The notes under the pieces were generated by a model. The model saw only the letters and a list, made by a program, of their open reading frames with translations. It did no database searches and was not told where the DNA came from. Of a stretch of DNA of 63,779 nucleotides, positions 40,935 to 54,069 are shown in pieces (the stretch's first letter is position 1; the number at the start of each line of letters is the position of its first letter). Position numbers and translations under genes: made by a program. Source of the stretch: Octopus bimaculoides (Eukaryota); the NCBI RefSeq assembly GCF_001194135.2, contig NC_068982.1, positions 25,623,163 through 25,686,941 on the forward strand. The letters run 5' to 3'.

Positions 40935-40965
<31 letters not shown>

Positions 40966-40967
<2 letters not shown>

Positions 40968-41310
40968 GATGACAACGTTTCTCTAAAAGAAATGGAAAAA
41001 CTTTCAAAATACAAAGACCTGGAAATAGAGATAACTCGAATGTGGAATCTAAAAACAGAAACAATTCCTATCATAGTAGGTGCCTTAGGTATAATAAAAA
41101 AATATTCAGACAAATACATAACAAAAACACCAGGACTTACAAATATATATAACATACAGAAAATTGCACTACTGGGTACTGCACACATTCTACGCAAAAC
41201 ACTTTCAATACAGTAAACATAAGAGCACCACAGCAAACCACAGCACATACCCAAGGCGCACAGAGCTACGCTCGGTAGTGAAGTGAAAGCACGTTATAAA
41301 AATAAAACTA

Positions 41311-41313
<3 letters not shown>
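40966..41313 (+). mobile_element. R4/Dong-like non-LTR retrotransposon 3' end (restriction-like endonuclease C-terminus plus 3' UTR)
   Basis: DDNVSLKEMEKLSKYKDLEIEITRMWNLKTETIPIIVGALG..QKIALLGTAHILRKTL, stop at 41214-41216; flanked on both sides by (TAA)n. Confidence 0.9.
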
Positions 41314-41365
<52 letters not shown>

Positions 41366-41434
41366 GCGCTCGGTAGTGAAGTGAAAGCACGTTATAAAAA
41401 TAAAACTACTGAATAATAATAATAATATTTCTGA

Positions 41435-41612
41435 AATTGTGGGGAGGGGGACAGTTGATTAGATTGACCTCAAGATGCAACTGGTACTTAATTTATCGAC
41501 CTCGAAAGGATTAGAGGCAAAGTTGACCTCAGCGGAATTTGAACTCAGTATAGCGACGGGCAAAATACCGCTAAGCATTTCGTCCGGTGTGCTAACGATT
41601 CTAGAGCGCAAA
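41435..41612 (-). mobile_element. SINE family A
   Basis: Reverse complement aligns with family A. Confidence 0.8.
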
Positions 41613-41779
41613 CCTCCACCAGGGCAACACCAACGTCGTCCCAATGATTATCCGGAGATGATTTTTAAAATGAGAATATGTAAAATAAACTCGACTGCTC
41701 TCACAAGCGAGAATATTAAAAATGAACCCGACCGCTCTCAAAAATTAAGTAACAACAAAAAAAAAAATCCAGAATGCTT

Positions 41780-41925
41780 GTTCGGTCCCGGTTCAATCCG
41801 AAGATCTAATCAGTTCGTGCCACTCAGTTCGTGCCAAGCATCCCTGAAAGTTTCGTCCCAATCCATCCAGAAACAAACACGACTGAAACAATACCTCCAC
41901 CTTCGGTACGGCGGAGGCAATAACA
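41780..41925 (+). mobile_element. Possible Helentron-associated (DINE-1/HINE-like) element 3' end
   Basis: aaagtttcgtcccaatccatcc..aaacaaac..aacaatacctccaccttcggtacggcggaggc: terminal GC hairpin followed by A/T-rich sequence. Confidence 0.4.
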
Positions 41926-42044
41926 ATAATAATAAAAATAATAATAATAATGATTATATATATATATATAATATGTATTCGCATTTATATATATAAACAC
42001 ACACACATAACTCACACATACACAAACATACTCGCAGACGCACA

Positions 42045-42083
<39 letters not shown>

Positions 42084-42291
42084 CGCTCCAAAGCGAAAAC
42101 CTTACAACATTGATTATAACCGAAGCGTTCACCGTAACGATACCAGTTTGTACAGACCCTACAGCTAACACATAATGCAATACTTGTAATCTTCAGTGAC
42201 ATAATAGTATAAGATGCGCACAAACACAAACATATACGATATATATACATACATACATACGTGAACGTAATATACAAACATACTCACACAG

Positions 42292-42392
<101 letters not shown>

Positions 42393-43199
42393 TTCATGTG
42401 CGTCATGCATTCATATAGTCGTTGTTCTTCTGGTTGGTGCGTTGCTGTTGTATTATTGGGTGGGAGACAATGCCTGATATTGATGTTGAGGAAAACCAGG
42501 TCAAGCCTGATCGATTATATATCTGATGAAAGGCATTCCAACCACGATCATCCTGTCATTTGTTTTCATCTATACTGTTCGTATGGACTATATTAACCAA
42601 TGTACCCTATGTGCTAAAGGCGTAGTCACTGACTTGTGGGGAGATTTAGCAGCTATTTTTAGCTGACTGAGTAAACTCGGAATTATCTTCGTCATTCATA
42701 ATATGCAGTTCAACAGTTATATATATCTATCCATCTATACACACAGGCACGCACACACATACCCCCCCCCACACACACACACATATATATATATGCATAT
42801 ATACATATATGTGTGTGTGTGTGTTTGTGTGTATGCGTGTATGTATATATATTTCATACGCACAATTACATGAGATAGACTGATACATTCAAGCATGTGC
42901 AGACGAAAAAATATAGATAGATAGATAGATACATAGATAGATAGATAGGTAGATAGATAGATATGCACACATGTGTGTGTGTGTGTGTGTGTGTGAGTGT
43001 GTGTGTGTGTGCGTGCGTGCATATATAGAGGGGAGAAGTGTATTGTTAACGTGAATTAAAAATATACGTAAGATCTTATGAACTGCATAAACTATAACGG
43101 TGTACCTGTCGTTATGGTAAAGAAAATGAAACCTCTTCAGAGGAGAGGGTCACGTTCGAGTATACCATACACACACACACAACTTCTTTCTCCCTCGTT

Positions 43200-43250
<51 letters not shown>

Positions 43251-43554
43251 TACTGTACCTGATTGGTACTTATTTTATCTTTCCCTGAACTTGATGGGTT
43301 TAAGTTACAGGCCATTCTCGATCCCATCTATAGTTCCAAAATTCTTTCAGTAACAACAACAATAAAAACGATCGTCTCAATGAGGATGATAAAGATGATG
43401 CTAATGATGATGATGATGATGATGATGATGAAATAGCAATTATCTGTTGTGTTTCCCGCCTTGTTTGCAAGCCGCATCGTGCGAGTTTGTTTCTCGGCTT
43501 GCTACTGTGTTTTTCTCTCGCCTGCTTCAACAATAAAGGCGCTATCTCTGCTTT

Positions 43555-43660
<106 letters not shown>

Positions 43661-44220
43661 TTCTGCTTTTATTTCTACGTTTCTTCATTTTCACATGCTT
43701 CTTTCTATCGCTTTACCCTTCCTGCACTTCTATCTTTCTCTCTACATCTTTCTCTCTTTCTATTAACCTATTACTGTCCATCTATTTACCTTCGTTTCTA
43801 TCTCTTCATCTATCTATCCACCTATCTTTCTATCCATCTAACTTTTCTCTTCTTTTTCTTCTCTACACGTTTGTTCATTCTCTTCCATCTGTTTGTAACT
43901 CTCTACATCTGTGTCTCTCTGTCTATCTCTATCTCTCTCGCACAGACAGATGCGCACAAACACATTAACACACACACACACACATACGCTTATTTAGTCT
44001 CGTTAAACTCGTCTGTCTTTCTCCCCCTGTTTCATCCGTGTTTTTGTTGATTTTTTGTTTTAATTTGTGCTTTTGTTCCAGACTCCCCTATATAACATTT
44101 GCAAGTCTCTTTCTTTTCCTTATGACTATCTTTCTCTCTTGAGTATTGAGCTCTTCTTGTTTCTCTTCGTTCACTCCTGCAACTCTTACCTACCTACCTA
44201 TCTATCTATCTATCTATCTG

Positions 44221-44269
<49 letters not shown>

Positions 44270-46789
44270 TTATATTTCCCTCTGTATGCATGCATGTGTG
44301 CATGTACGTATTTAAATCAAGCTCCTTCTATGTTATAAACACTCAGTTGGTCTTCCTGTCTCTATTTCTCTGTTTTCAACACTATCTCTCTTTCTCTTCC
44401 TTTTCCCTGACTTAGCGTGCGTGCGCGTGTTCGTGCTATCTCGCACTCACCATCTCTTCTTTCCTCTGTTTACACACATACAACACATACAAAGAACTTT
44501 ATATACATATGCATATAAACACACGTACGTCTCTAGCTTTCTTACGCTCTCTTTCACACGTACGGAAGCACACTATCACTCACTCTTTCACATTAACACA
44601 CATACCCATTTTCTTTCTATCTTCCTCTTGTCATTTCTTCGCTCTTCTATTCAACTTCTCAACTATATTATTTTTTGTTTTCTGTCACTCTAGTCTCTTC
44701 TATCCTATCCCATTCTATTTCATTCTATTGTATTCCATTCAATTATATTATTTTCTACAAAACTATGATCTTCGTGAGAGATCTAAATCACCGCCAGCTT
44801 CAAGAGAAGATGCAACACTTGTACTACCACTACCTAAAGAAGGATTTTAATTCATTTGGTTTTCGCTGGACACCCTAGATCAATACCGATATTTTCAACT
44901 CCAGACTCCGATAGCTTCAAACAAGCATCACAAGGTTTACTTTATTTATATCTCTTTTTGTATGCCAAAAAAAAGAACAGAAAGAAAAATATTGCAATAA
45001 CAAAAATAACTACAGTAACAACAAAATACATGAAAAATACACTAACAATACACACACATATATATATATAAATATACATGCATGTATATGCATATATATA
45101 TAATGTTATTCAACAAAACATTATCCTAACTAATTTTATTGTTCGTCAACAGTTTTCTTATCATTAATATATTTTTTATTGCTATTCTTATTGTTGTTAT
45201 TTTAACTCATCCGGCTTTTGGTTTCGATGTTTCAAAATGTCTAAGGGTGTTATCTATTTCATGTATAAACATTTCAAATCTTTTCCTTAAAATGTTCTTT
45301 TAAAATTTAGTTTATATTTTTACTATTAATTTCGGAATAAATGCTATTCACAATTTAATATTAAACGATATTATGATATATTATATAATATGATACACTA
45401 TATTAAATAGCATCTTAGTGTATTATTTACCTATACATATACATGTCTATATAATATAGATATATAGATATATATTCCTTTATATATGCAGCTATTTAAT
45501 AAACATAATCTCTCTGTGCGGATATTCAGATTGTGTTGCTTCATGTTTTATATGAAATTCCTCAAATCTCCTAGATGGCCCAAAATTACTTGGTGCATTA
45601 TTGTTTTACTGGTTTTTTCCTAAAATTTACAACACATTTTCCAAAAACATCTCCGGTTTGATCAGCTGATTGTGTTATGACATTCAGCAATTTCTTGCCT
45701 GCATCTTTTGATGCATTTTGATAATATGCATTTATTTTAAAAGTTATATTCGTTTATTCCTTTATTTATATAAACAATAAAATTGAAATTCTGAAGCATC
45801 TAGAAATTGTAGTCGTAAAGAATTTGTTATTAAGTGCTTCAAGAAATATTTCTGGAAAATTTACACGTTAGATTTCATAAGTTGATGTAGTATATATACA
45901 ATATATAAACATACATAGATGTATACAAACATACATACATACATATGTATGTATATACTTGAATAACTCTTCTTTCAGTGTGTTTTCCTTTTAATAAGAA
46001 GGTGCCGAATTATATGCATTGGTTTCGATGGCTCGACAGGCCACTTTCAATTTCCGGTTTAAGTCAATTAACTTCCAGTGCGACAAAATTACCCCTGAGA
46101 AACGCATGAACCTCACACGATCTCATTGAATTATCCCTCCCATAAATAATGCGGGGCCTTGAGTTAATGTAAGAAACCTATTATTATTTCTTACTATCTT
46201 TTTTGATGTTGACCCATATCTGAAATCTAGCCTTAATGATTTTTATGTAAAGGGACATGTGTACTTAAAATGTAAAAGGAGTCATGTGATATGTTTGATT
46301 CTGTAAAATGTACGCCACATATACGAGAAGGCTAATTTTAAACAATATCTAAAAGCCAAGTACAGAACGATATGAACATGAAATATTAATGCAAAATGTT
46401 TTGTTTTTCTATTTTTATTATCAATATTTATTCACAATGCAGCTACTACTATTGACACAAATGTTAAACATTTGTAACTAAAATTTTCAGATGATCAGAT
46501 TGAAGTGAGATGGCTAAATTCTCTCCTAGAATTTGTAAATATATTCAAAGAAACTATTCAAACTTCCAAGTAATTTGTAAATTCCACCCCTAGTATTTTT
46601 TGCAATTAATCATCTTGACAGAGCCATCATTAACGGTTTGTTTTGTTTCCTTTTTATGTTTTCCTGTTGGAATCTTTTTATATATTTCCTTGCTTCACAA
46701 AGAAAAAAGTTGGAGAATTTGAAATGCTATTTATTGACATTATAATTTATTTGGTGAAACAGCGACATCAGATATATTGTTTATTATAA

Positions 46790-46803
46790 AAGTTTTCCTT
46801 CAG
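46790..46803 (+). promoter_or_regulatory. 3' splice acceptor of the 239-aa ORF exon
   Basis: aagttttccttcag|tcATG: polypyrimidine run plus CAG directly before the ORF. Confidence 0.65.
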
Positions 46804-46805
46804 TC

Positions 46806-47525
46806 ATGTCGACAGAAAAGACAGAAGACAAGTTCCTGTTGGTTCGGGATAACAAACCGAAGCCTATAAATTTCGAAAATCTGTCCACTACTGATTCCTT
46901 CTCAGAGATTGAATTCTTAGATGCAAATGACTTGAGGCCACGTGCAAACACAGCACCTCCAACCCCGAGTCGTACAGAACCGCTTCCACTGTTTTGTGAT
47001 ATACCACAGATTAAAGTTGAGGATTTTTCTACTTTACAAAGTCCGACAGTAAATTGTAACCCTATGATTACCGGTAGTCTCGGTTCACTCGGTCCTAATC
47101 GACCCAAATCATTGAACAGTTTTTTACCAACACAATCAAGGCCTCGATCGCGCACGTGCCCAGAAGATCTATTTCGGAAAACATACAAACGACCGCCAAC
47201 ACCACCGCCGATTTCCAGTTCAAAATTACTTGATTTCGGCAAGAGTCGTAAACCTCGCTTCAGTGCCTTGCAGAAGGGTTATAATAAGGATGCTGCCAAT
47301 AGTTTTATTCTTAAAGAACTTCCAGAGAACACTCCAGACCATAACGAATCTATTGAGAAGGAGAACAGAGAATCTGTAACGGATGATTTCCAGCTTGTTA
47401 AAAAAGATATTTCAAACATTTCACTGGACGATAGTTATTCTTCAGAACCAATGAATCTTGAAGTCAGCCGAAGAGAACAGCCAGACTCTTTGCCTTACAC
47501 GATAAAACGGCGAGGTTCGAGTTGA
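46806..47525 (+). CDS. Uncharacterised, probably intrinsically disordered Ser/Pro/Thr-rich protein (239 aa); single coding exon or terminal exon of a larger gene
   Basis: 720-nt uninterrupted ORF, more GC-rich than its very AT-rich flanks and unlike any TE protein I recognise. Splice acceptor (ttttccttcAG, AG at 46802-46803) lies 2 nt before the ATG; in-frame TGA at 46755-46757 upstream. Motifs RPRANTAP, RPRSRTCP, PQIKVE, KPINF, RRGSS. Confidence 0.8.
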   Translation: MSTEKTEDKFLLVRDNKPKPINFENLSTTDSFSEIEFLDANDLRPRANTAPPTPSRTEPLPLFCDIPQIKVEDFSTLQSPTVNCNPMITGSLGSLGPNRPKSLNSFLPTQSRPRSRTCPEDLFRKTYKRPPTPPPISSSKLLDFGKSRKPRFSALQKGYNKDAANSFILKELPENTPDHNESIEKENRESVTDDFQLVKKDISNISLDDSYSSEPMNLEVSRREQPDSLPYTIKRRGSS

Positions 47526-48523
47526 ACTTATCAGTAATTTGGTTGTTACATTATTTATTTATTTTAATTCCGATTGCTTTCACACTTAAAATCAGGTATT
47601 TTATCTGAATTGATTTAATTGTTTATTTTTTCATTCAAATGATTCAAAGTTTTATTGTACCTTTTTTTTTAATCTTTCATAAATTTAATTTATTTCTCTT
47701 TATTCAGCTTGTCGCTATCATTAAACTGGCTTCTGTTTTGTCGCCTAATCCAGTAATCAGATTTACTTGACTTTCAGTGCTATTACTTTTAAAACAGTAT
47801 TTGATGAGCCGAATTTCTTCTGTATTTGTTTTAAAACCAAATCGTTCGCTTTCATTAGGCTTCATTTGTTTGTTTTTTAATTAAAGAATTATATTTTTAA
47901 TTATTAATTTATGTACTTTACAATGAATGATATTTGTAATCAATTTTGTCCATGATGGTATGATCCTTAACACTTAAAACTTCTTAAAATCTCCATCAAT
48001 ACATATGTGCCACGCCCACAATTTTACTAATGGTCATAATTACCTCTAAATACCATGCTGACTTCTTTCAACCTACTGCCTAAATAATGGGGATCTTAGC
48101 TTTTTATTCATGAAATTTCATTAAATCTCTATCAGAACTGTTAGTACACCAATATCACGAAGTAGCATTTACAATTGGCGAACTGTGATTTTTTATCAGC
48201 TGATCGTACAAACAATACAATTAATTATTGAACACACCTGCTTATTATATTCAAATTATATTGTAATTATTTGTCTCACACATTTGAAAATGATTGTTGC
48301 TTCCAGTTAAAACATTTAGTTGATGGGAGCATAAGTCTAAATATTCATCCTGCAGCAGTCATTTTATATTAAAGACGCGGGATAAATAATATATTTGCAG
48401 GGTGTTTTATTTTATTTTTCATACATAATATTCTGAATTTTAAGAAAAATATATATATAAATACAATTCCATTTTTTTCTCATTTTGTAAATGTGATATC
48501 TTATTTTTTGAAATGTTATTGTA

Positions 48524-48529
48524 AATAAA
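48524..48529 (+). terminator. Candidate polyadenylation signal of the 46806 gene (3' UTR about 1 kb)
   Basis: AATAAA at the end of an AT/U-rich tract, followed about 20 nt later by GT-rich gttgtgtttgtttt. Confidence 0.45.
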
Positions 48530-49653
48530 CAAATTATATTGAATCACGTTGTGTTTGTTTTAAAGTAATCTAGATGAATGTATGTAAGACATTTTATAGA
48601 AGACTACAGCGACAAGTGAAATAGTCTACTTTCAGATACTTACCCTATTTTCGAGAAATAGAATGTACAGAAGTGCTTTTACCTTATTCACATTGAGTGT
48701 CAAAGACTTCATTATCCAATGTTTACATTTTAAAAGAAACGAAAGGTCTTCACTTAAAATAGATATGATTACAATTTCTAAGTGAGAGATTGTAAAAGTA
48801 CTCTCCCCACCCATTCTAGGCTAAATATTTTATCGGTATAAGCAGTGAAAGCACTGACTAAATAATAAATTCTCACCCGTAAAGGGTAATATCGCCTGTA
48901 ATGGGCCAGCATTCAATCTCATTGAGGAGATGTATATCTTTCAAGCATTGGCCATCTTATCAGTTCGTCTGTCTAAGGCTACACTGCCCAGTGCGATCTT
49001 CCTTTAAAAATAAGTGTAGAGTGCATTATAAGCGATTTTTTTCTCTTTTTTTTTCCTGCTATTTCCTAGCTGTCGAGAGAGCTGATAAAGACTTTGGTTA
49101 ACTTAGACATTTTTTTTTCTTGTATAGAAGTGGAAAATTTCTTAAAATTAAATTATATTTTGTAATGACTTTCTATGTTCCATGAATGCAAATTATCCTA
49201 ACACTATATAAGTAATATATATACCTGACCGAGCTATTTGCCTGAACTTTCATTTTTCTTATTTTTCACATTGATATTTCACTAGCAGAAATATATCATC
49301 TGCTCACGCCACGGCTAGATGATAGTAGTAGTTCGCTAACTGACATGAATGTTCCGGACCGTTGACAGTTTGTTCTGTTCATCCACTGCGCATCTATGAT
49401 ATTCGTCATTGATTCAATAAGATTCATTTACCGAATATTTCACAACCACGTCCCATGATTTCAACGTACACTGGCTCGGATGGTTACATGCTATTTAACC
49501 CATAGCCGGACCTCTACAGATGCTACCCCTCCGGTTCAGAGTATACCTGGGAACAACAGTGGCTAAAAGGTCCCACACTTCTCAAAATTCTGGAACTTCT
49601 AAACTAAACCCCACCTTACCGGATAGAGCTTAAAGTCATACCCGGGACAATAT

Positions 49654-50045
49654 TTTTTTTTTTTTGGCACTCCGTCGCTTACGACGTCGAGAGTTCCAGT
49701 TGATCCGATCAACAATGCAGCCCGCTCGTGAAATTAACGTGCAAGTGGCTGAGCACTTCACAGACACGTGTACCCTTAACGTAGTTCTCGGGGATATTCA
49801 GCGTGACACAGTGTGCGTCAAGGCTGACCCTTTGAATTACAGGCACAAGAGAAACAGGAAATAATAGTGAGAGAAAGTTGTGGTGGAAGTGTACAGCAGG
49901 GTTCACCACCATCCCCTGCCGGAGCCTCGTGGAGCTTTAGGTGTTTTCGCTCAATAAACGCTCACAACGCCCGGTCTGGGAATCGAAACCGCGATCTTAT
50001 GACCGCGAGTCCGCTGCCCTAACCACTAGGCCATTGCGCCTCCAC
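49654..50045 (-). mobile_element. tRNA-derived SINE, family C, full length with poly(A) and 14-bp TSD
   Basis: Minus head gtggaggcgcaatggcctagtgg..ggtttcgattccc; T13 run on the plus strand; acccgggacaatat at 49640-49653 and 50046-50059. Confidence 0.92.
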
Positions 50046-51720
50046 ACCCGGGACAATATAATAAGCATCTTAATATGGGGGATTAAACACAGTGTCTTAA
50101 TAGTATTGCGCATCTTTCTATAAAAGTAGATAATCATTTGCACTAATTCCTTTTTTCAATACTTAATGTTATATAAAATTAATTGATATGTAATAAAACT
50201 CGAGGAAAACTTTTCCAACTTGATACCATGTAATAGATGCAGCAGTAAAGGAAAGTGAAAACAACGGTCATTATACATGTTTTATGGCAGGTTTATCTTT
50301 AGCTTTTTAAAATGTGTATTTCTCACTTGGTTTCTCACTTAAACAGTAATAAAAAGAAAGAATACTCTTAGAATCCATTCGCTAACCAATCATTCCATCC
50401 AAACTAATGACCTACTAGAATGGCATAAGAGAAGCTTCTGCCTACAAGAAATACCAACCAACCAAATATCTCTTAGTCAAACATAGCGGTCAATACAGAT
50501 GGACTCAAATACTGTGATTCTGGAAACATTATGTCTGAAAATAAGCCACAACATAGAGTACGTAACATTATGTTGAACCGGAAACGTTAACTTCTCAGAA
50601 AACACGTGCTCACTGGAGACAAATAACATTTAAATCACTATGTACTATAATAGAAGGAAGAACGCGATTTAGGTGCTGACGTACAGAAACACGAAATGTG
50701 CATAGTATGACTGCCTTTGAACATATATTTTCTCAGTTAGGTATGGCTGATCTGGGTCTAAACAACAACAATATCAGCGTGATTTGAACCTAGAATGAAA
50801 CTTCTTAGCACAAGCTGGATCTGCCTGAAATAGCATTAGGATTCCTGTCAAGTGTACCATACTGAAATAGACGCTGTCATAATGATGTTCGAGATATATC
50901 ACTAAAGACAGAGTTGTCACAGCTGAAATGTCTTTCGTCATCGGTATGCTCAGTTGGGATTGAAATGCATCTTTGCAGAGCCATCCAACTGGGTCGTTCG
51001 TCTTGCTAGTAAGATCAACCAAATCTCCCTCAAATAATATTGTCTACCTTATTTTTTTTTTAAATGGCTTCATTAGATGTATTCGTGACTTGATACATTA
51101 TGAGAGTAAAAAGATGGGATGGTCATAGTTGGAACTACTTCGCTCAAAATTATGATTATTTGGAGCTCACTTATAACTAATCAACAATAACCACAGCATT
51201 CCGCTGAAATTACAAATCGAACTTTCCTCGCGTCCACCACTTCTACCATCTACTCCGCCTCCCATCCAGAAGGCTTCATGTGGTCGCATGGCCTCCCTCA
51301 AAATCACACCCAATTTTATTTTGATATTTGCTTTAAGATCCATAATATGTAACATATTCCTAGTCATACCGTGTTTGAATGCGAAATGGGACAATCAACG
51401 ATGAAATATCTTAAATCACATAATTGTTCGATCAGGGATGGATTGTGGGGACAAACAACAATGATCCCTCTTCTCTTACGCGAGAATTAAAAGGAAAAAT
51501 ACTAAAACTTATAATCTTTCACAACTTTTACATATAAACTGCTACTTCCATTTAAATGTTGCGCGACAAAGTTCAACCTTTATTAATACATGTCCCTCTG
51601 GATGGACGTGAAACCGCTTTCAATACCATTAACATTTTAGAAATGTAATTATGGGTGCGGGGGAGTATGCATGCGTGTGTGTGTGAGTTTGCAGGAATAG
51701 AATATATATAAAAGCAGAGC

Positions 51721-52027
51721 CAGGCACTGAGCTGGCAGGATCGTTACTGCACCGGGCATAGCGGCATTTAGTCCGTCTTTACATTCTGAGTTCAAATTCC
51801 GCCGAGGTCCATTTTGCTTTTTATCCTTTCAGGGCCAATAAAATAAGCAGAGTGCTGGGGTCGATGTAATCGACTTATCCCCTCCCCCGAAACTGTTGGC
51901 CTTGTACCAAAATTTGACACCAATTTATAAAGCAGAGCTGGCAGAATTGTTACCACCCCAGGTAAAATGTTTAACGGTATTTAGTACGTCATTGCGTTCT
52001 GAATTCAAATTTGTCGAAGGTCGACAT
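51721..52027 (+). mobile_element. Two tandem or nested SINE family A copies
   Basis: Full copy 51721-51926 followed by a 5' half copy; aaagcagagc on both sides of the first. Further degenerate or partial copies at about 10483-10645, 17537-17617, 46015-46185 and 53320-53385. Confidence 0.75.
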
Positions 52028-54069
52028 ATACTATATATGTATATGAGGGTATGTGGATTTGGTATAAAGCGAGCATTAACCTTCTTTGATAAATAAATAA
52101 ATACGGAAATACGCATGCAGACTCTGATGAATGAAAAAGAGATGGTCATGGCTGGAATGCGTTTGAGAGAGAGGGGAGGGGAGGAAAAGTGAGAATTTGG
52201 GAGGAAATATGAATTGGAAAACGGACTTTAGATTTGAACCTAGGTTTGCTCACTTAGTGCTAGTTGACCTGGGGGTTAAAGAACAAAACAACATTAGTTT
52301 GAATGGATTAGGGAGCTTCTACGTAGTCGCTCGACCTGCTAAAAAAGTATAAAACATTTCCCTTAAATCTTACCCTACAGTTTTATGTAAGACAAATTGA
52401 CATATTATAAGGGAGCCCTAGTATACCACTAAGACTTCGTGATTATACCAATTGGAATGCCTTTATGGTAGATCTCGTAAATCAGAGCTCATCTGGATCA
52501 AAATGACTTACCTCATACGTCTACAAATTTCGATGATACCTGTTACTTAAACACGGTTGTGCTCTAGATGGTCAGATGTGCAATGTGTAATGCATCAAAA
52601 CACCGAAGTTTTCTGAATACCTAGTCATTTTCCAATACGTCTTCAAACTATGGGGTACACAAGTCTGTAATAGTTCAATAGTAGAAAACTATTGAGTTAC
52701 GTACACATATAGGTAAAGAGACAAGAACACAGATTACCGATGTGTTACTTAAACATGCAATATTCATTTTAAGTTATGCGCTACCATTCTATATGATGTT
52801 AACTTGATGGCTAAATAGTCTGAAGCAAATCATGACTGGACTGTAAGTACAGGACAACTCATTCTTATGTATTTCGTGCTGCCCATTACAATTCTATCCT
52901 CTCTACGCTTTGCTTTTGTTCTCCATTGTTTAAATCCGATTCCTATGTGACAGAAGTTTGCCTGGCAAAAGAGATTATTGCTTTGACTATAATGAATATT
53001 AATAATTAAATAATGAATGAAAACATTATGAGAACTCCTACAAGGACTCTAAGAGAGAGTGAGTAACTATAGTAATATGTCTAGTGAGCCGGTGGGTATC
53101 TAGTAATAGTCGACGACTAGGCCAGGAAGCCTATCATGTTTCGTTGCTTTCTCTTGATAAAGTGTTACCGATGTGAACATTTATCTACTTTCCTCAGAAT
53201 CTCATCCCGAGTTTTACTCTAACACAGCTATTTGCTTCACTTTTCCTTTTCAAAAGCATTGCATTGCAGTTATCAGTTCACTTGTAAGGAAAGTATTATT
53301 TTTCTTTTACCTATCTTATCAAGCCTGAGGCGAAAATAATACCCGATGTCGACTCTACAGAATTTGAGCTAGGAACAAATTTGATGAGAATTAAATACTT
53401 AAGTACTGAATAAAAAACACTTAATTTAACGCTACTGTTTTTTTTTTTTTTTACATTATTTCGTTTTGGCCAAATTATTCTCTTTATTTTGAAGGCGCAT
53501 TAAACAATTATTATTCAATTACATTAATGTTCTTTTTATTTTAGCTGTGTAGGTCAGGTTGAGCTATGTATTTCTGGACAAACTTGTTCGATAAAAGTTA
53601 ACAATATTAACTGTTTCCAATAGACATGCAACTACTGACAGCGTCTGTCTGCAATATAACCAAATTGTCACAAATAAATGAAAGAAATTGCATTGTTTTA
53701 AATAATACATCTCCATCTTCCTGAAACATACATATTTTGATTCAACGGCATATAGGAAACAATTTCACACACTTACTGGGACACAGTTATGCGGCACGAT
53801 TGGTTTTCAAATGTGACTCAAGACCGTGAACCGATTTGAAAAATACCGAGGTGGAAACAGTCCAGGAGCAATTCGTGAGTGATTCCACGTAAATCAGACT
53901 GGTTGTTTTGTTTCGGTGTTCTTGTTGCAATGGTAGCAGTCCAACGTTGTGAGTTTCATCTGAATGTTGTTATATCAGAGTTAAGATTTCTAGAAGGGCT
54001 GAAACCTACATATTTTTGACAGGTAATCTATGGCAAAACAGAAGAAAGATATATATAACAAAATAGTAG

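Noticed and set aside
46784-47242. 152-aa antisense ORF overlapping the 239-aa ORF
   Set aside because: Shadow ORF of the coding strand with a non-ATG start and no independent signals.
48632-48814. Minus-strand GTAAGT donor at about 48637-48642 and a 60-aa ORF
   Set aside because: No credible acceptor and no protein similarity.
49960-50045. tRNA-like sequences with A/B boxes (also 5889, 59840-59918, 62016)
   Set aside because: These are SINE heads continuing into SINE bodies; no proper acceptor stem, so not tRNA genes.
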